Below are positions 30,471 through 39,620 of a DNA stretch of 64,000 nucleotides, in pieces; position 1 is the first letter of the stretch, and each line of letters begins with the position of its first letter. A model generated the notes under the pieces. That model saw only the letters and a program-made list of their open reading frames with translations, made no database searches and was not told the origin of the DNA. Position numbers and translations under genes: made by a program. Origin of the DNA: an uncultured Syntrophaceae bacterium (lineage in GTDB: Bacteria; Desulfobacterota; BSN033; UBA1163); NCBI GenBank assembly GCA_964390545.1, contig CAYMJV010000001.1, positions 30,282-94,281 on the forward strand, given 5' to 3'.

Positions 30471-30591
30471 TGTTCACCTACTCACTTTTAACCTATCTCC
30501 CATATAGCATTCTGCATTCTGCCTTCTGCTTTCTGCCTCCGACCTCTAACGTTCTTGCTAATACAAAAGCATTTTGCTCCATGACGATTCT

Positions 30592-30647
30592 GTAGGGCAT
30601 GATCCCCGATCATGCCATCAGCGGTGCGTTCGGGGAACGCACCCTAC
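30592..30647. repeat. REP/BIME-like pair of inverted GTAG-headed palindromic units immediately 3' of hemY
   Basis: GTAGGGCATGATCCCCGATCATGCC and the inverted GGTGCGTTCGGGGAACGCACCCTAC. The same units occur in swapped orientation at 47769-47848. Confidence 0.7.
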
Positions 30648-30670
30648 GGATCTTCCACCCTCTAACCTCC

Positions 30671-32173
30671 TTAGTAGTACCGTTTCTCCTCAGCGTGGTC
30701 CTCGGCAAGGTCGATGCCCCACTCACCGAGGATCTTCGAGACGGCCCGCTCTCCGCTCTCGATGCAGTTCGGTACGCCTACACCCCTGTAGCTACCACCG
30801 GCGAGCGCAAGACCGGGGATCTGGGCACTGTGATCCTCGATCATTGTCACACGGTCAAGGTGTCCAAGTGTATACTGGGGCATGCCAAGCTGCCACCGAA
30901 ACACACGCGAGAAGAGCGGCTTTGCAAACGGGTTGAGACCCAGGATGTCACGGAACTCGGCAAGTACCGTCTGCACGAGTTCCTCGTCCGAGCGTTTCAA
31001 AATCTCCTGATTGTGCGGACCTCCGACAAAACCGCGCAGCAACACCTTTCCCGCCGGTGCCCGACCCGGCCACTTGGTAGAAGAATAAGTAGCCGCCATG
31101 AGCGCACGGCCCTCCACAAGGGGGCATAGAACTCCGAAGGCATTCAGATTGAAACCGACCTCGTTCTCGTTGAAGGCGATCGAGATTGTCGCTGAGGAAG
31201 AGGCCGGTATGTTTGTCAGTGCGTCTGCGATGGCCCGGTCGTGCCGACGAATGAGCGGTTCGGCAGCCCATGACTCCGTTGCAATGATCACGGCGTTGCC
31301 TTCGATGGCAGAACCGTCGGAGGTCGAAGCACGCCATCCACCTCCGGAGGTTCGTTGGAGTGAGCTGATAGATACGCCCGTGCGCATGCGCTCACGACCT
31401 GCGGCATCGGCCATGCTGTCCGTGAGTTGCTGCATTCCTTTCACAAACGAGGTGAAGAAGGTACGAGGCTTCTCGCCTGGCTTCGCCGGGTACTTACGCC
31501 GCATCTCCTCCACCTTACGGCGGATTGCGATGAAGGCCTTCAACAGAGACCCATAATTTTGCTCCATCTCAAGGAGACGCGGGAAGGTTGCAGCAAGCGA
31601 CATCTGTTTCGGATCGGACGCATGTACGCCTCCCACGAGAGGCTCGGCCAGGCGATCCAGGCATTCGCGACCCATCCGCCGGACCACGAAGCTTTCGAGT
31701 GTCTCGTCATTCACCTCGCCGGGTGTGACCTTCTTTGGCGGGATCAGGAGGTCCATGGCCATCCTGATTTTCCCAGACCACGAGAAGAGGCCGGTCGTAG
31801 CAAAAGGCACGAACTTTGTGGGCGCGAACATCATGACACCATCCGGCATCTGATGAAGTTTGCCTCGAGACAGGATCCACGTCCGTCTCCGGGAGTCGTC
31901 GGTCGGCAACTCGTCATCGAAGATCCCCGTTAGCTTCGCGATACGGTGACAAGCTGGTTTTTCAGTCAAGAAACAATCCGGCCCACCGTCGACGATGAAG
32001 CTGCTCTCCTCCGAAGGATCCATAACGACCTCGGTCTGGATCTTTCCACCGAGGCGACGGTCTTTTTCCAGCAGAACGAACTCGACGTCGTGGCCCTCGG
32101 AAGCGGCACGGGTGATTTTATAAGCTGCGCCGAGCCCGGCAACGCCGCCACCGACAATAATGATCCGTTTCAT
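30671..32173 (-). CDS. hemY: Protoporphyrinogen/coproporphyrinogen III oxidase (HemY/CgoX family, FAD-dependent)
   Basis: N-terminal FAD motif IIIVGGGVAGLGAAY. Family length of about 500 aa. Lies in a hemE-hemH-hemY arrangement. GC content is far above its flanks. Confidence 0.8.
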   Translation of the reverse strand: MKRIIIVGGGVAGLGAAYKITRAASEGHDVEFVLLEKDRRLGGKIQTEVVMDPSEESSFIVDGGPDCFLTEKPACHRIAKLTGIFDDELPTDDSRRRTWILSRGKLHQMPDGVMMFAPTKFVPFATTGLFSWSGKIRMAMDLLIPPKKVTPGEVNDETLESFVVRRMGRECLDRLAEPLVGGVHASDPKQMSLAATFPRLLEMEQNYGSLLKAFIAIRRKVEEMRRKYPAKPGEKPRTFFTSFVKGMQQLTDSMADAAGRERMRTGVSISSLQRTSGGGWRASTSDGSAIEGNAVIIATESWAAEPLIRRHDRAIADALTNIPASSSATISIAFNENEVGFNLNAFGVLCPLVEGRALMAATYSSTKWPGRAPAGKVLLRGFVGGPHNQEILKRSDEELVQTVLAEFRDILGLNPFAKPLFSRVFRWQLGMPQYTLGHLDRVTMIEDHSAQIPGLALAGGSYRGVGVPNCIESGERAVSKILGEWGIDLAEDHAEEKRYY

Positions 32174-32223
32174 AAGGATTCCCCGCCCCTCCAATCTTTT
32201 TCCCTGCCTACCGCAGGCAGGTT

Positions 32224-33150
32224 TCAGGGCAGAGGGGATATATTAAGGATATGCTCTTCCACGATCACTGAAAGGGCCTCGATGAATTTTTCAGAATAAT
32301 TGAGAGAGGTGGTCCGCTTCAATTTTATTCCTAAGGATTTTGCTTTCTCCCGATAGACGATATCGATATCGTAAAGAATCTCAATATGGTCTGAAACAAA
32401 CCCAATCGGGACGATGAGAACCCTTTGGACTCCCTCTTTAGATAGATTCGTCAGGACAGACTCCACATCCGGACCGACCCACTCTTCTGGCCCGCCTCCT
32501 TTGCTCTGAAAAGCCATCCTCCAGACTCGATGCTCAAGCCCGTCGGCAACTCCTTGAATGCTTGCTTCGATCTCCCTTACATAGGGATCTTTCTCGACGA
32601 TTGATTTTGGAAGACTGTGAGCCGTGAAGAGGAGCTGAACTCTCTTTCTCTCCTCTGGAGTGAATCCTGTCAGCCCTTCACGGACCTTCTCCCGAATGGC
32701 TTCAAGGAAAAGGGGGTGCATGTGCCACCCCACTACAAAAGAAACCTTTAACACCTCTCCGATATTTTTCTGGACCCGCTTCACCTCTTCAATATAGGCC
32801 CCCGTGCTCTCACGGGATTGGAACGGGGCCATGGGAATAGCAACCACCTCCATGATCCCATCCCGCAGAATCTCGTTCATCGTCTCTTCAATCATGGGAT
32901 GGCCATAACGCATTCCCACATAGGATTTGAATGAATGACCTTTCTCGCTCAACCTCTTTTCTAATCCCTTGGCCTGTCCCTGGGTGATCTTAAGAAGGGG
33001 CGAAGCCCCTCCGATCAACCGATAACGCTCCTTAACCCTTTCCAGTTGCTCTGCAGAAGGTTTTCGACCTCTGAAAAGGCGCGTTAAGAAGGGCTCAACT
33101 TCGGCAAGGGAGTGAGGCCCTCCAAAGGCCAAAAGGAGGAGAGCTTTCAT
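32224..33150 (-). CDS. hemH: Ferrochelatase (HemH/CpfC)
   Basis: Ferrochelatase motifs (LLLAFGGP, RYGHPMIEE, FTAHSLP). Confidence 0.85.
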   Translation of the reverse strand: MKALLLLAFGGPHSLAEVEPFLTRLFRGRKPSAEQLERVKERYRLIGGASPLLKITQGQAKGLEKRLSEKGHSFKSYVGMRYGHPMIEETMNEILRDGIMEVVAIPMAPFQSRESTGAYIEEVKRVQKNIGEVLKVSFVVGWHMHPLFLEAIREKVREGLTGFTPEERKRVQLLFTAHSLPKSIVEKDPYVREIEASIQGVADGLEHRVWRMAFQSKGGGPEEWVGPDVESVLTNLSKEGVQRVLIVPIGFVSDHIEILYDIDIVYREKAKSLGIKLKRTTSLNYSEKFIEALSVIVEEHILNISPLP

Positions 33151-33178
33151 AACCGACTTCCAACTCCAAACGAGATAT

Positions 33179-33219
33179 AATTCCCTCTCCCTCGCCTACG
33201 GGGGAGAGGGAATTTTTTG
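33179..33219. repeat. G-rich palindrome (AATTCCCTCTCCC-tcgcctacg-GGGGAGAGGGAATT) plus T-run between hemE and hemH; member of the CCCTC..GAGGG palindrome family
   Basis: Perfect 13-bp arms read directly, followed by TTTTTT. Confidence 0.6.
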
Positions 33220-33229
33220 AGGAGTTTTA

Positions 33230-34297
33230 TTAATGGGAAGATTTTGCGCTATACTCATGAACCGACTCAACCAACGCAGCTACATTTTCGACCGGTGTGT
33301 TAGGAAGGATTCCATGTCCGAGATTGAAGATGTGACCAGATCGACCTCCAACACGATCAAGAATTCTCTTAACCTCCTTCTTAATCAGATCCACCGATCC
33401 AACCAAAATAACGGGATCGAGGTTTCCCTGGATGGCCACCTCATACCCTAACCGTGCCCATGCCTCTCCAATATCCATCCGCCAATCCACTCCAATCACG
33501 TCCCCGCCTGCCCGCTTCATCAACTCCAGAAGAGTCGAGTTGGAAGTGGCGAAGTGAATGAGAGGAATACTCTTATCGATACCGTCGATCACCCTCTTCG
33601 AATAAGGAAGAACATATTCCTCATAATCAGTTGGACTCAAACAACCTACCCAGGAATCAAAGAGCTGAACGGCTTGCACACCAGCGCGAATCTGTGCGTT
33701 AAGGCAGCGGATCAATACATCTGAAATCTTATTCATTAAGGCATCCCATGAAGGCCGGTTTTGATACATCAACCCTTTGGTGAGAATATAATTTCTTGAA
33801 TGGCCTCCTTCGATGATGTAGCTGGCGAGGGTGAAGGGAGCGCCAGAGAACCCAATCAGTGGAATTTTTCCTTCCAACTCTTTCCGCACCATTCGAATCG
33901 CTTTCACCAGAAAAGGGACTTCTTCTTCCGGCTCAATGACTCTCAGCTTCTCAATATCTTTCATCCCCCTGACCGGGTGATGGAAAACAGGACCCTCCCC
34001 CTTTGCAAATTCAAACTCCACTCCCATGGGTTCCAGGGGGATCAGGATATCTGAAAAGATAATGGCTGCATCGAGTTTGAATTTCTCAATGGGTTGGAGC
34101 GTCACCTGGGCGGCTATCTCAGGATTCTTACACATCTCCAGAAAAGAATATTTCTTTCGCAGGGTACGGTACTCCTTCATGTAGCGCCCTGCCTGACGCA
34201 TCAGCCAGATGGGTGTGTATTCGGTGGGTTGCCTATGACAAGCCATTAAAAAAGGGTAGTGGTTTTCAGTTTTTGTCATATTCAGTAGCGTCGGCAT
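33230..34297 (-). CDS. hemE: Uroporphyrinogen decarboxylase
   Basis: PIWLMRQAGRYMKEYR is the canonical HemE N-terminal motif. The true start may be the internal ATG at about 34279. Confidence 0.85.
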   Translation of the reverse strand: MPTLLNMTKTENHYPFLMACHRQPTEYTPIWLMRQAGRYMKEYRTLRKKYSFLEMCKNPEIAAQVTLQPIEKFKLDAAIIFSDILIPLEPMGVEFEFAKGEGPVFHHPVRGMKDIEKLRVIEPEEEVPFLVKAIRMVRKELEGKIPLIGFSGAPFTLASYIIEGGHSRNYILTKGLMYQNRPSWDALMNKISDVLIRCLNAQIRAGVQAVQLFDSWVGCLSPTDYEEYVLPYSKRVIDGIDKSIPLIHFATSNSTLLELMKRAGGDVIGVDWRMDIGEAWARLGYEVAIQGNLDPVILVGSVDLIKKEVKRILDRVGGRSGHIFNLGHGILPNTPVENVAALVESVHEYSAKSSH

Positions 34298-34375
34298 TTA
34301 TTGCCGACGAACTCCCGTGCCTAATTCGCCCTCAGTAAATGAGGGCGCTACACAATAGCTCGCAATGACATATAA

Positions 34376-35878
34376 TCACCTGGTCCCCTTTCCCCAATCC
34401 CTTAGGAACTGGATTAACAACCTCACTCCTACTCCAGTGCCTCCCTTTGGAATATAGGGTCTCTCTTTTTCAATAGAGGCCGGACCCGCAATATCGAGAT
34501 GGACCCACGGAATCTTCTCTACGAATTTGCTCAAGAAAATGCCCCCAATGATCGCACCTGCAGCCCGGGTTCCCACATTTCTAAAATCTGCCACATCGCT
34601 CTTCAAATATTCAAAGTATTCATCCCAGAGGGGGAGTCTCCAGACCTTCTCCCCTGTTTTTTCTGAAGCCTCTTCGATCCGTTTCAAAAGAGATGCATCA
34701 TTACCTAAAAGACCAATCACATAATCTCCAAGGGCGATCACGCACGCTCCGGTCAGAGTCGCAAGATCAATGATCGCCTTCGGCTGGTATCGAAGACTAT
34801 AGGTCAAGGCATCGGAAAGAATGAGCCTTCCTTCGGCATCAGTGCTGATAACCTCTACCGTCTGACCTGATAGGGTCTTTAAAACATCTCCGGGCTTATA
34901 AGCCTTTCCGCTTGGAAGGTTTTCTGTCGCCGGGATGATCCCTACCAGATGAAGGGGAATCTGAAGCCTGGAAGCAGCTTGCATCATGGCCAACACCGCT
35001 GCAGCCCCTGACATATCATCCTTCATCCGTTCCATTCCTTCCGAGGGTTTAATCGAAATCCCGCCGCTGTCGAAAGTGATTCCCTTACCTATCAAAGCGA
35101 TGGTGTCGAACCCTTTGTTCTTATTATGTTCGAGGATGATGAACTTTCCAGGTTCTTGGCTTCCCTTGGCCACAGCAGTAAAGGCTCCCATCCCCATGGC
35201 CTCTGCCTGACTCACTTCTAAAACCTGAAGCTCCATGCCATGGTCCTTTGCAATCTGCTGAGCCTTTTCGGAGAGTAAAGTCGGGGTGACTTTATTGCTG
35301 GGACCATTGACCAGGTCCCTTGCCCCGCAAACCGCTTCTGCAATAATTCTGCCTGTCCCCACTCCGTTATTAAGCGATTTCAATTCGACGGCTGTCTCTC
35401 CAAGGATGATTCCCTCTTCGATCTCCTTGATCTTCTCCCTCTCCAGGGTTTTATACTCATTGTATTGGTAGACTCCAAGGAGAAGCCCTGCGACAAAGGC
35501 CTCGGCAAGTTCTTCTTCTGCAAGCCGATCAAACTTCTTGATTTGGAAGGCAAACTGTTTTATTCCTGCATCCCGGAGGTACTGTCCAGCCTTCGAAGAA
35601 GCTCCCCGCCATTTTTCTAAATCGAATTCTCCTCTCTTCCCCAGACCGGTCAGCAACACTCTCTTCGCAGGAAAAGCCCCCTGGGTGTAGAAAAGCTTCC
35701 GTTCAAATAACTCCCCCTTGAAATCTCCCTGGTTCATCAGACTGGAGATAAAACCCTTCCATTCCAGGTCCACATTTTTTATAGGACCTTCCAGAGGCTC
35801 GGGAAATTCAAAAGAAAAGAGAATCAGAAGTTCACAGGGAAATTTTTCAGCCTTTCCTTTTTCTACTCGGATCTGCAT
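34376..35878 (-). CDS. pepA: Leucyl aminopeptidase (M17 family)
   Basis: M17 catalytic-domain motifs (NTDAEGRL, GKGITFDSGG). Confidence 0.85.
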   Translation of the reverse strand: MQIRVEKGKAEKFPCELLILFSFEFPEPLEGPIKNVDLEWKGFISSLMNQGDFKGELFERKLFYTQGAFPAKRVLLTGLGKRGEFDLEKWRGASSKAGQYLRDAGIKQFAFQIKKFDRLAEEELAEAFVAGLLLGVYQYNEYKTLEREKIKEIEEGIILGETAVELKSLNNGVGTGRIIAEAVCGARDLVNGPSNKVTPTLLSEKAQQIAKDHGMELQVLEVSQAEAMGMGAFTAVAKGSQEPGKFIILEHNKNKGFDTIALIGKGITFDSGGISIKPSEGMERMKDDMSGAAAVLAMMQAASRLQIPLHLVGIIPATENLPSGKAYKPGDVLKTLSGQTVEVISTDAEGRLILSDALTYSLRYQPKAIIDLATLTGACVIALGDYVIGLLGNDASLLKRIEEASEKTGEKVWRLPLWDEYFEYLKSDVADFRNVGTRAAGAIIGGIFLSKFVEKIPWVHLDIAGPASIEKERPYIPKGGTGVGVRLLIQFLRDWGKGTR

Positions 35879-35899
35879 AGGTCCCCCTAAATTCAAAAT

Positions 35900-36082
35900 C
35901 CCCCTCACCTTTATCCTCTCCCCTCAGAGACTGTGTCGTAATGTCATTCTGAGGCGTTAGCCGAAGAATCTCTGTTTTCTAACTTATTGATTCTATGAGA
36001 TTCTTCACTTCGTTCAGAATGACAAGCATGGCATTTCCCTCATTGCGACACACTCTCTCAGGGGAGAGGGGTGGGTGAGGGG
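35900..36082. mobile_element. MITE-like element: G-rich terminal inverted repeats (CCCCCTCACC...CCTCTCCCCTCAGAGA / TCTCAGGGGAGAGGGGTGGGTGAGGGG) enclosing a ~120-nt core with its own inner inverted repeats
   Basis: The arms are reverse complements of each other. Solo-palindrome versions of the same arms occur at 59088-59136 and 61368-61416. A core fragment (GTTCAGAATGACA) recurs at about 47925. Confidence 0.5.
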
Positions 36083-36093
36083 CAATCAATTTC

Positions 36094-37302
36094 TTACTCT
36101 CTTTCCTTCAACTTCGATACAGTGATCGAACGGCTCTCTTCCAGACTCGAGAACTCCTTCACCTTTTTCATTAACAGAGAATCCCATTTTCCCCGCTCGA
36201 TCACTCTGGAGAGCATCCAGGGATTTAAATCGGAAACCTCCATCCACTTCCCTGCTTTTTTGATCAACTCGTCCAGCACCCTCCGCCTCTGGTCCCCCTT
36301 CAAAGGATACTTCTGTTTCGTCTCGATCTTGATCTTTGCCACATGATCACTTCCATAGACGGCCTCGAGTTCTTCCCGCTGGGCGTAGGCATAGAGGGCT
36401 TCTTCAAGCTTCGCCAATTCGGCATCGATCTCTTCATTCAAGAGTCTTTTTCTCTCCTTCATCGCCACATATCGGTTGACTAAAGTGACCCCTTCTTCAT
36501 TCATATATTCATTCAACGGAAGGGCTTCAACCATGACCAGATGTTTCCGTTTCGGACAGAACCCCTGATAATCGCACCAATTGCAAAGAGGCCCTTCTTT
36601 GGGAAGAAATTGCCTGTCCGACTCAATCTCCTGAATGAGGTCCATGGTCTCCCGGCGGAGCTGCTGGAGTTCTTCAGGATTCCTTGAAGAAGTAATTTCG
36701 GTATCGAAGGCGAGGTAGTGCCATACCAATCTGATTTCCAGGATATCCTTCCATTTTCCTTCCACTCCCATGTGATAGAAGGCAAGTTGACGATCGGAAT
36801 CCACATCTTCCTGGGTGGGAAGCCGACTGGAAGTTTTGTAGTCATGGATTTCAAGGACAGAATGATCTGAAAGGGCCAAGCGATCGATAAAACCCCGGAT
36901 CCAGTAGCCCTTTTCTTCGTCCAGGGGGAAGTAAATATTCTCTTCAAGACCTAATGTCTTACCCTGATCAAATGGATAATAGCGTTTGTAATATTCCGTG
37001 ATGCATTTCTCCCCCAGACGGCGGTAATCTTCGGCAGTGTAATCCTTGCGGATGATCTGAATCATTTCTTCATTCCAGTTCTTCTCCCAGTCCCGACGGT
37101 AGTAGTCGAGAATCTCCTCCAGCGTATTCAGTTTGGTCACTTTCAGATCGCGGTAGAGCTTTTCCAGCGCTTCGTGAACCCTTGAACCCATGAAGGCTTC
37201 AATCCCCTCTGTTTCGATTTTGATTTTATCAATATATGCAAGTTTATACTGGTGGGGGCATGTCTCATAGGTGGATAGCTGCGAGTGAGAGTAGGTTGGC
37301 AT
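36094..37302 (-). CDS. PD-(D/E)XK nuclease-superfamily protein, Cas4/RecB-like with 4-Cys Fe-S cluster ligands and C-terminal coiled-coil extension
   Basis: N-terminal Cys (TCPHQY), an IHDYKTS D-x-K motif and a C-terminal CNWCDYQGFC cluster. Stand-alone gene. Confidence 0.6.
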   Translation of the reverse strand: MPTYSHSQLSTYETCPHQYKLAYIDKIKIETEGIEAFMGSRVHEALEKLYRDLKVTKLNTLEEILDYYRRDWEKNWNEEMIQIIRKDYTAEDYRRLGEKCITEYYKRYYPFDQGKTLGLEENIYFPLDEEKGYWIRGFIDRLALSDHSVLEIHDYKTSSRLPTQEDVDSDRQLAFYHMGVEGKWKDILEIRLVWHYLAFDTEITSSRNPEELQQLRRETMDLIQEIESDRQFLPKEGPLCNWCDYQGFCPKRKHLVMVEALPLNEYMNEEGVTLVNRYVAMKERKRLLNEEIDAELAKLEEALYAYAQREELEAVYGSDHVAKIKIETKQKYPLKGDQRRRVLDELIKKAGKWMEVSDLNPWMLSRVIERGKWDSLLMKKVKEFSSLEESRSITVSKLKERE

Positions 37303-37463
37303 TATTCACCCCCTTTTCGAATACTAAATAGGCTGTCTACCCATTGCTGCGAATTTATTATTATTTTTAACAAGAAAAAGAGGTTCTGTCAAAAGATGAA
37401 AATGGTGTTAACCCTAAATTCTTCTTGAAAATATTAGGTTCGATGTGATACGAGGTTTAAAGA

Positions 37464-38177
37464 ATGAACTTAAAAAGGGAACTGGAAAACTTGCAAAAAG
37501 TTGTAATCCAATGCCGCAAATGCCCCAGACTTGTCGCTTACCTTAAAGAAGTGTCAAAAAATAAACCCAAGAGATTTCGCGATTGGGATTACTGGGGGAA
37601 ACCCCTTCCGAGTTTTGGCGATCCAAATGCCCGAGTTCTCATTATCGGGCTTGCTCCGGCAGCCAATGGCGGAAATAGGACAGGACGGATGTTTACAGGA
37701 GACCGGAGTGGAGAATGGCTGTTTGGTGCTCTTCATCAATTTGGCTTTGCCAATCAGCCAAATTCCGCTCGGAGGGATGACGATTTTGCTTTGCATGATT
37801 GTTATATTACGGCGACGATTCGTTGCGCCCCACCGGACAACAAACCCTTACCGGAAGAAATAGAGAACTGCAGACCTTATTTTTTAAAGGAACTCGATCT
37901 TTTGAAAAATGTGAGGGACTTAGTTCCCTTGGGCCAGATCGCTTTCACACAGACTTTGAAATCCCTGAGGTTACGAGGAGTCGAAATTCCTTCACTAAAA
38001 TTTGGACATGGAAAGACCTTTTCGCTTCGAACTCCGAACTCCGTAGGGAACGCAGATCTGCGTTCCCTACGGACTTTAATTACGACCTACCATCCAAGCC
38101 AACAAAATACCCAGACTGGAAGACTGACCAGACCGATGTTTCATAAGATCTTTAGAATGCTACAAAAGAGATTATAG
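37464..38177 (+). CDS. Uracil-DNA glycosylase, family 4 (Fe-S type)
   Basis: CRKCPRL Fe-S motif, GLAPAANGGNRTGRMFTGD active-site loop and a C-terminal H motif. Confidence 0.8.
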   Translation: MNLKRELENLQKVVIQCRKCPRLVAYLKEVSKNKPKRFRDWDYWGKPLPSFGDPNARVLIIGLAPAANGGNRTGRMFTGDRSGEWLFGALHQFGFANQPNSARRDDDFALHDCYITATIRCAPPDNKPLPEEIENCRPYFLKELDLLKNVRDLVPLGQIAFTQTLKSLRLRGVEIPSLKFGHGKTFSLRTPNSVGNADLRSLRTLITTYHPSQQNTQTGRLTRPMFHKIFRMLQKRL

Positions 38178-38285
38178 GTTATAGGTGGTAGGTTGAGAGC
38201 GAAAGCTATGAGTTCGGAGCCGACAGTCTAATAGTCGATTGGTCTATTAGTCGGATAGTCGGAAACTATAAGACTACGAGACTAA

Positions 38286-38570
38286 ATGATTTTTATGGTT
38301 ATACAGATTCCCATCGAGGACTGGATCGATCTTCATACCTTCTCACCCAAGGAGATCCCCTATCTCTTAGAAGATTATCTTACGGAATGCCAGAAGAAAG
38401 GTTTTACTGAAGTCCGAATCATCCACGGGAAGGGAAAAGGGGTTCAACGAAATATCGTCCATTCCTTCTTAACCAAAAGCCCTCTTGTCGAATCATTCCG
38501 GGACGCCCCTCTCGAAGCAGGTTCCTGGGGCGCCACGATTGCCGTCCTGAAGAAGCAAGTTTCAGATTAA
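38286..38570 (+). CDS. Smr-domain protein (small MutS-related nicking endonuclease domain)
   Basis: IDLHTF...IIHGKGKG matches the Smr DLHG/HGKG signature. Confidence 0.6.
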   Translation: MIFMVIQIPIEDWIDLHTFSPKEIPYLLEDYLTECQKKGFTEVRIIHGKGKGVQRNIVHSFLTKSPLVESFRDAPLEAGSWGATIAVLKKQVSD

Positions 38571-38579
38571 AATATTTAC

Positions 38580-38608
38580 TTGACAAGAATAGTTCTAATG
38601 TGATAATT
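38580..38608 (+). promoter_or_regulatory. Sigma70-type promoter of the perR operon (TTGACA -17 nt- TGATAATT) with a Fur/PerR-box-like AT palindrome (GATAATTATTTCA) overlapping -10
   Basis: Consensus -35 and extended -10 elements with a 17-nt spacer. RBS AGGAGG at 38621 and ATG at 38631. Confidence 0.55.
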
Positions 38609-38630
38609 ATTTCATTCATCAGGAGGCTGA

Positions 38631-39032
38631 ATGGAAAAATATCGAGACTCCGGATTGAAATTAACGCCTCAAAGGCTTGCCATTCTGGAATACCTCGATG
38701 GAAATAAAGAGCACCCTTCGGCAGAAGATATCTATAGAGCAGTCTCAAAAAAATTTCCGACCATGTCGTTAGCGACGGTGTATAATACGTTGATGACCCT
38801 AAAGCAGCGAGGACTTGTAAAAGAACTTACCATGGATCCTCTTAGAATGCGTTTTGATCCTCAACCCACCCCCCACCATCACCTCATCTGTATGGACTGC
38901 CGAAAGATCATCGATATTCACATCCGGTTAAGGGTCAACTTGCCAGAAATGGAACAGGAAGGATTCGAAATCGTAGGCAACCATATTGAATTTTACGGTC
39001 GGTGTCCAAAATGCAAGAATAAGAAACATTAA
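38631..39032 (+). CDS. perR: Fur-family transcriptional regulator, PerR-like
   Basis: Fur-family HTH and metal sites (HHHLICMDC...CPKC). Assigned as PerR because peroxide-stress genes follow. Confidence 0.75.
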   Translation: MEKYRDSGLKLTPQRLAILEYLDGNKEHPSAEDIYRAVSKKFPTMSLATVYNTLMTLKQRGLVKELTMDPLRMRFDPQPTPHHHLICMDCRKIIDIHIRLRVNLPEMEQEGFEIVGNHIEFYGRCPKCKNKKH

Positions 39033-39075
39033 GTCATTCAATTCCAATAATAAAAATTAAGGGAGGAAAAGGACG

Positions 39076-39573
39076 ATGGCAAAGTCAGAACAATTTTTAA
39101 AAGAGGCCTTTGCAGGAGAATCACAGGCGAACAGGAAGTATTTGGCTTTCGCAGCTAAGGCCGATCAGGAGGGCCATCCTCAGGCGGCCCGACTCTTTCG
39201 AGCTGCGGCAGAGGCAGAAACCGTTCACGCCCATAATCATTTAAGAACCCTTGGGGGCATCAAGAGCACCAAAGAAAACCTCCAAGAGGCCATTGCGGGT
39301 GAAACCCATGAGTTCAAGAAGATGTATCCGGAAATGATCGACGCGGCCAAAGCTGAGGCAAACAAGGCAGCAGAAAGAAGCTTTAACTTTGCGAATGAAG
39401 TTGAGAAAATTCACGCCCAGCTCTATCAGAAGCTTCTTGATGGTTTGGGAAAGTCTAAGGAAAACTATCCCTACTATGTCTGCCCCGTATGCGGATTCAC
39501 GGCGGAGAAGGCAGCTCCGGGAGTCTGCCCTGTTTGTGGAACCAAAGGGGAGATGTTCAAAAAGATCGAATAA
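39076..39573 (+). CDS. rbr: Rubrerythrin (di-iron ferritin-like domain + C-terminal rubredoxin-like CxxC-x12-CxxC)
   Basis: ExxH di-iron motifs and the C-terminal CPVCG...CPVCG rubredoxin domain. Confidence 0.85.
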   Translation: MAKSEQFLKEAFAGESQANRKYLAFAAKADQEGHPQAARLFRAAAEAETVHAHNHLRTLGGIKSTKENLQEAIAGETHEFKKMYPEMIDAAKAEANKAAERSFNFANEVEKIHAQLYQKLLDGLGKSKENYPYYVCPVCGFTAEKAAPGVCPVCGTKGEMFKKIE

Positions 39574-39620
39574 TGAGAGGACAGTCAGATGAGGAATGCA
39601 TAAAGAAGAAAGGGGGTTTT

